Positions 37,815 to 41,059 of a stretch of 41,059 nucleotides of DNA are shown piece by piece (positions within the stretch are counted from its first letter, which is position 1; each line of letters starts with the position of its first letter). A program made the translations under genes and the position numbers. This DNA is from a virus. The stretch is taken from IMG/VR virus record IMGVR_UViG_3300029247_000012, positions 1-41,059 of that record; one strand, 5' to 3'. The notes under the pieces were generated by a model. The model was not told where the DNA came from. It saw nothing but the letters and a program-made list of their open reading frames with translations, and did not search any database.

Positions 37815-40478
37815 ATGGCTATAGACATCGGACCGAAAATAGGGATTGACGGCGAGGCGGAATTCCGGAAATCTCTGCAAAATATCAACCAACAGCTGAA
37901 AACGCTCGGGTCCGAGATGAAAGCCGTCACCTCGGCCTTCACCGACGAAACATCGGCACAGGAGAAAAGCCGCCAATCCTCGGCGCTCCTTCGCGAGGAA
38001 ATCTCGAAGCAGCGTGAGAAAATCGAGCTGCTGAAAAAAGGGCTTGACGAGTCTGCCGCCAAATACGGCGAGAACGACGATAAAACGCTGAAATGGAAGC
38101 AGACGGTCGCCGAGGCGACATCGCAGCTGAACTCGCTCGAGGGACAGCTCAAAAAAACCGAGGACGCCGCCAAGACGGAAAAATTTGAAAAGCTCAAGAC
38201 AGTAATGTCCGGCGTCGGAAGCGCCTGCGTCGCGACGGCAAAAGCAGTGGCGGCTGTCGGAGCCGCCGCCGCCGGGATCGCCGTCTCACTCGGAAAAGAG
38301 GTCGTCTCGCAGTTCGGAGAGCTCGAGCAGAACCTCGGCGGCTCGGAAGCCGTCTTTGAGGAATACGCCGGGAAGCTTCAGAAAATCGGCGAGGACGCTT
38401 ACAAAAATCTCGGCGCGTCACAGTCTGACTACCTCGCGACCGCGAACAAGATGGGATCGCTTTTCCAGGGCTCAGGGCTCGAGGTCAAGGAGAGCTTTGA
38501 CCTGACAACGAAGGCGATGCAAAGAGCCGCCGACGTCGCGTCGGTCATGGGCATCTCGACCGAATCCGCGCTCGAATCGATCGCCGGCGCCGCTAAGGGT
38601 AATTTCACCATGATGGACAACCTCGGCGTCGCGATGAACGCGACCACACTCCAGGCATACGCCCTCGAGAAAGGTCTCGTCTCCGCGTCTGAGGTTGACA
38701 TGAGCAAAGTTGAGGCGGCACAATACAAGGTGCAGAAAGCACAGCTCTCGGTCGCGTCGGCGCAGGAAAAATACAACGCCGCCGTCGCGAAGTACGGCGC
38801 GGACTCGACGCAGGCAAGGCAAGCCACAATCTCGCTCGAAAAAGCACAGGTCGACCTCGCCGCCGCGTCGTCAAAGGTCGAAGCGGCAATGCAGCCCGCC
38901 TCCGAATCCACCACCGAGTGGTGGAACTCTCTGTCGAACGCGGACAAAGCCCGCGTCGCGATGGAAATGTTTTTCGAAAAAACCGAAAAATATGCCGGAA
39001 ACTTCGCGCGGGAGTCAACCGAGACCATATCCGGCTCGCTCGGGCTTCTGCAAGCCGCGACCGAATCGCTGGTCGCCGGTCTCGGAAACGCCGACGCGGA
39101 TATCGCCAACCTCGCGAACAATCTCGCGGACGCTTTCTCCGCCGTCGTGACCAACGTCACGCCGGTCATCGAGAACCTCGTCGCCGCTCTGCCGACCGCG
39201 GTCGGGGCACTCGCGACAGCACTTCAGCAGCTTCTGCCCACTCTGCTCTCGACATTTACCGGGCTTTTTGCGCAGATACTCGAAATGCTGACGACGCTGC
39301 TGCCTCAGCTCGCGCCGGTCGCGCTCGACGCCGTGATGACCATCGTCGACACGATCATCGAAAACATCCCGGCGCTGCTCGACGCCGGACTGCAAATCAT
39401 CCTACAGCTGGTCAACGGCATCACCGACGCTCTGCCGGAGCTCATCCCCGCCGCGGTCGACGCGGTGCTCACTGTGGTACAGGGGATCCTCGACAATCTG
39501 CCGGAGATACTGCAAGCGGGACTTGACCTGCTGCTCGCGCTCGCGGAGGGAATCCTCGACGCGCTGCCGGAGCTCATCGAGCGGCTGCCGGAGATCATCA
39601 CGTCCATCATCGACTTCCTCATCGGCGCTATCCCGCAGATCATCGACGCCGGGCTCAAGCTCTTCCTCGCGCTGATCGACGCGCTGCCGGAAATCATCGA
39701 CGCTATCGTGACGGCTCTGCCGCAGATCATCACCGCCGTCGTCGACGCGCTGACGAACCCCGACACGCTCGCGAAAATCATCGACGCCGGAATCACGCTC
39801 TTCCTCGCGCTAATCACTGAACTGCCTAAAGTGCTCATGGACATTTCCGCCGCGGCATGGCAGCTTGTCGGAGAGCTGATTAATGTACTGCTCGAGGCTT
39901 TGCCGAAACTGGCGGAAAACGGACTCAACGCCATGAAGGAACTTGTCAAACGGCTCCCCGAGGCGCTGGACGAAATCAAGAAAGCCGCCGGGGACATCAT
40001 CGACAAATTTATCGACACGATAACCGGCGCGTTCGACCGCGTTAAAGACATCGGATGGCAGCTTGTCTCCGGAATCTGGGACGGTATCAAATCCGGAATT
40101 AACTGGTTCAAGGAGAAAATCGGCGGATTCGCTGACACGGTTGTCGACAGCGTCAAAGGCGTCTTCGGCATCCACTCCCCGTCCCGCGTCTTCCGTGATG
40201 AGATCGGAAAGCAGCTCGCCGCCGGTATCGGTCTCGGCTTTACGGACGAAATGCGGACGGTCTCCGATCAGATGCAGCGGGCAATCCCGACCCCCGAGGT
40301 TGCTTTCTCAAACGCCGCCGCCGGGATGGTCAACGGCGTCTCGACTGCGGTCTCCGGCATCGGCTCGACTCAGCCGGTGACGATCATACTGCAAACCGCT
40401 GACGGGCAGGCTCTCGCCCGCTGGCTGCTCCCCGACCTGAGAGCCGTATCCAGAGCTAATCCGGAGGTAATGGCATGA
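37815..40478 (+). CDS. Tape measure protein (887 aa)
   Basis: Long, helical and Ala-rich, with a central hydrophobic segment and reiterated ALPE(I/L)I motifs. In the canonical position. Confidence 0.92.
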   Translation: MAIDIGPKIGIDGEAEFRKSLQNINQQLKTLGSEMKAVTSAFTDETSAQEKSRQSSALLREEISKQREKIELLKKGLDESAAKYGENDDKTLKWKQTVAEATSQLNSLEGQLKKTEDAAKTEKFEKLKTVMSGVGSACVATAKAVAAVGAAAAGIAVSLGKEVVSQFGELEQNLGGSEAVFEEYAGKLQKIGEDAYKNLGASQSDYLATANKMGSLFQGSGLEVKESFDLTTKAMQRAADVASVMGISTESALESIAGAAKGNFTMMDNLGVAMNATTLQAYALEKGLVSASEVDMSKVEAAQYKVQKAQLSVASAQEKYNAAVAKYGADSTQARQATISLEKAQVDLAAASSKVEAAMQPASESTTEWWNSLSNADKARVAMEMFFEKTEKYAGNFARESTETISGSLGLLQAATESLVAGLGNADADIANLANNLADAFSAVVTNVTPVIENLVAALPTAVGALATALQQLLPTLLSTFTGLFAQILEMLTTLLPQLAPVALDAVMTIVDTIIENIPALLDAGLQIILQLVNGITDALPELIPAAVDAVLTVVQGILDNLPEILQAGLDLLLALAEGILDALPELIERLPEIITSIIDFLIGAIPQIIDAGLKLFLALIDALPEIIDAIVTALPQIITAVVDALTNPDTLAKIIDAGITLFLALITELPKVLMDISAAAWQLVGELINVLLEALPKLAENGLNAMKELVKRLPEALDEIKKAAGDIIDKFIDTITGAFDRVKDIGWQLVSGIWDGIKSGINWFKEKIGGFADTVVDSVKGVFGIHSPSRVFRDEIGKQLAAGIGLGFTDEMRTVSDQMQRAIPTPEVAFSNAAAGMVNGVSTAVSGIGSTQPVTIILQTADGQALARWLLPDLRAVSRANPEVMA

Positions 40479-40849
40479 CGCAACTTATCATCAACGGCAT
40501 CCCCCTGCCGGAGACCTCCGGCGGGAAATATCAGTGCTTTGAGGGCACGCTGTCCGAGCAGATCGACATGATCTCCGGGCGGCGCGTCACCGAAGTGCGC
40601 GGGCACGTGTGGAAGATCGAGTACGCATATGACTACATGGGAAACGAACTCACTCGGCAGCTGCTCTCAGCTCTCCGATCCGGCGCGGCGCTGACGGTAC
40701 AGTATCTGCCGGACTCCGGCGACACGCTCCAGACGTCGACCTTCCTCTGTGAGGATCTGACGCCGCCCGTCTTCGCTTTTTCGCGGTCGGGTAAACCCTT
40801 CTGGCACGACATCGCTTTTACCCTCCGGGAGGTGCGACCGCATGATTGA
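40475..40849 (+). CDS. Small tail component (124 aa)
   Basis: The ATGA start overlaps the tape measure stop. Confidence 0.7.
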   Translation: MTQLIINGIPLPETSGGKYQCFEGTLSEQIDMISGRRVTEVRGHVWKIEYAYDYMGNELTRQLLSALRSGAALTVQYLPDSGDTLQTSTFLCEDLTPPVFAFSRSGKPFWHDIAFTLREVRPHD

Positions 40850-41059
40850 GTCTTCAGCTGCTTATAAGTCGGCGGTCAAAGCCGACTACAGGCGGACGCT
40901 TATCAAGGCGGTCATCGAGATCATCGATCCGGATATCGCGTATGGCTCAGTGTCCGGCTCCGCATCTGCCGGATACTCCATGCCGGAGCAGGTCGTCGAC
41001 GACGAATTTGTGTCGCAGGACAACTACGCAACGCTTGAGCTTAATCGCTGGACGCTCGA
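40842..41059 (+). CDS. Phage tail protein, N-terminal part (continues at position 2 across the circular junction)
   Basis: GGGAGGTG lies 7 nt before ATG 40842. There is no stop before the window end, and the frame matches 2..1450. Confidence 0.8.
   Translation, partial: MIESSAAYKSAVKADYRRTLIKAVIEIIDPDIAYGSVSGSASAGYSMPEQVVDDEFVSQDNYATLELNRWTL
40961..41059. repeat. Terminal overlap, copy 2 (identical to 1..99)
   Basis: Same 99-nt string as the window start. Confidence 0.95.

Larger units (their letters stand above)
1..40960. mobile_element. Complete circularly permuted temperate siphovirus-type phage genome (40,960-bp unit)
   Basis: Full set of phage modules is present: tail fibres, lysis, integrase and repressors, replication, packaging, head and tail. 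No host flanks. The exact 99-bp terminal overlap closes the circle. Confidence 0.85.

Noticed and set aside
1-41059. tRNA, rRNA, tmRNA or transposase genes
   Set aside because: I saw no cloverleaf-compatible segments with T-loop (GTTCRANNC) signatures, no rRNA-like stretches and no IS-type inverted repeats with a transposase ORF. Non-coding DNA is too scarce to hide them. A tRNAscan or Infernal run would be the definitive check.

Overview
The window is one complete, circularly closed temperate phage genome. Positions 1..99 are identical to 40961..41059, so the unit length is 40,960 bp. It is siphovirus-like: HK97-type head, non-contractile tail, no sheath gene. GC content is high, with strong AGGAGG-type ribosome-binding sites and TTGACA/TATAAT promoters, which suggests a high-GC Firmicutes (Clostridia-like) host (inference). 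Nearly all genes are on the + strand. Gene order: tail tip and fibre genes (wrapping the junction, 40842..6622); a lysis cassette (GH25 endolysin plus two holin-like genes, 6627..7982); a small sigma-region-4-like gene; two self-contained accessory units (8236..9579 and 9606..12648); a minus-strand lysogeny operon (large serine integrase, lipoprotein, membrane-anchored XRE regulator, 12651..15442); a second XRE repressor with divergent consensus promoters and palindromic operators (15797..16385); then early genes (YqaJ exonuclease, VRR-NUC, replisome organizer with an internal iteron origin, SSB, and many small Cys-rich proteins in paralogous sets). These are followed by a late regulator, a ParB-methyltransferase fusion, HNH, TerS, TerL, portal, ClpP-type prohead protease, capsid, connectors, major tail protein, a frameshifted tail chaperone and the tape measure. 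I found no tRNA, rRNA, CRISPR array, reverse transcriptase or transposase. The best candidates for something undescribed are three. (1) The six-gene island 9606..12648 next to the integrase. It is driven by a consensus promoter inside a perfect 12-bp inverted repeat, and encodes three unrelated very acidic ~110-aa proteins separated by a duplicated ~78-nt structured leader, plus three unknown proteins. (2) The lysogeny region, where a membrane-tethered XRE regulator and a lipoprotein are co-transcribed with the integrase from a promoter that faces an opposing promoter driving a 33-codon ORF. (3) The tandem paralog families of small zinc-ribbon and Cys-rich proteins. All functional calls rest on motif recognition by eye, with no database search.
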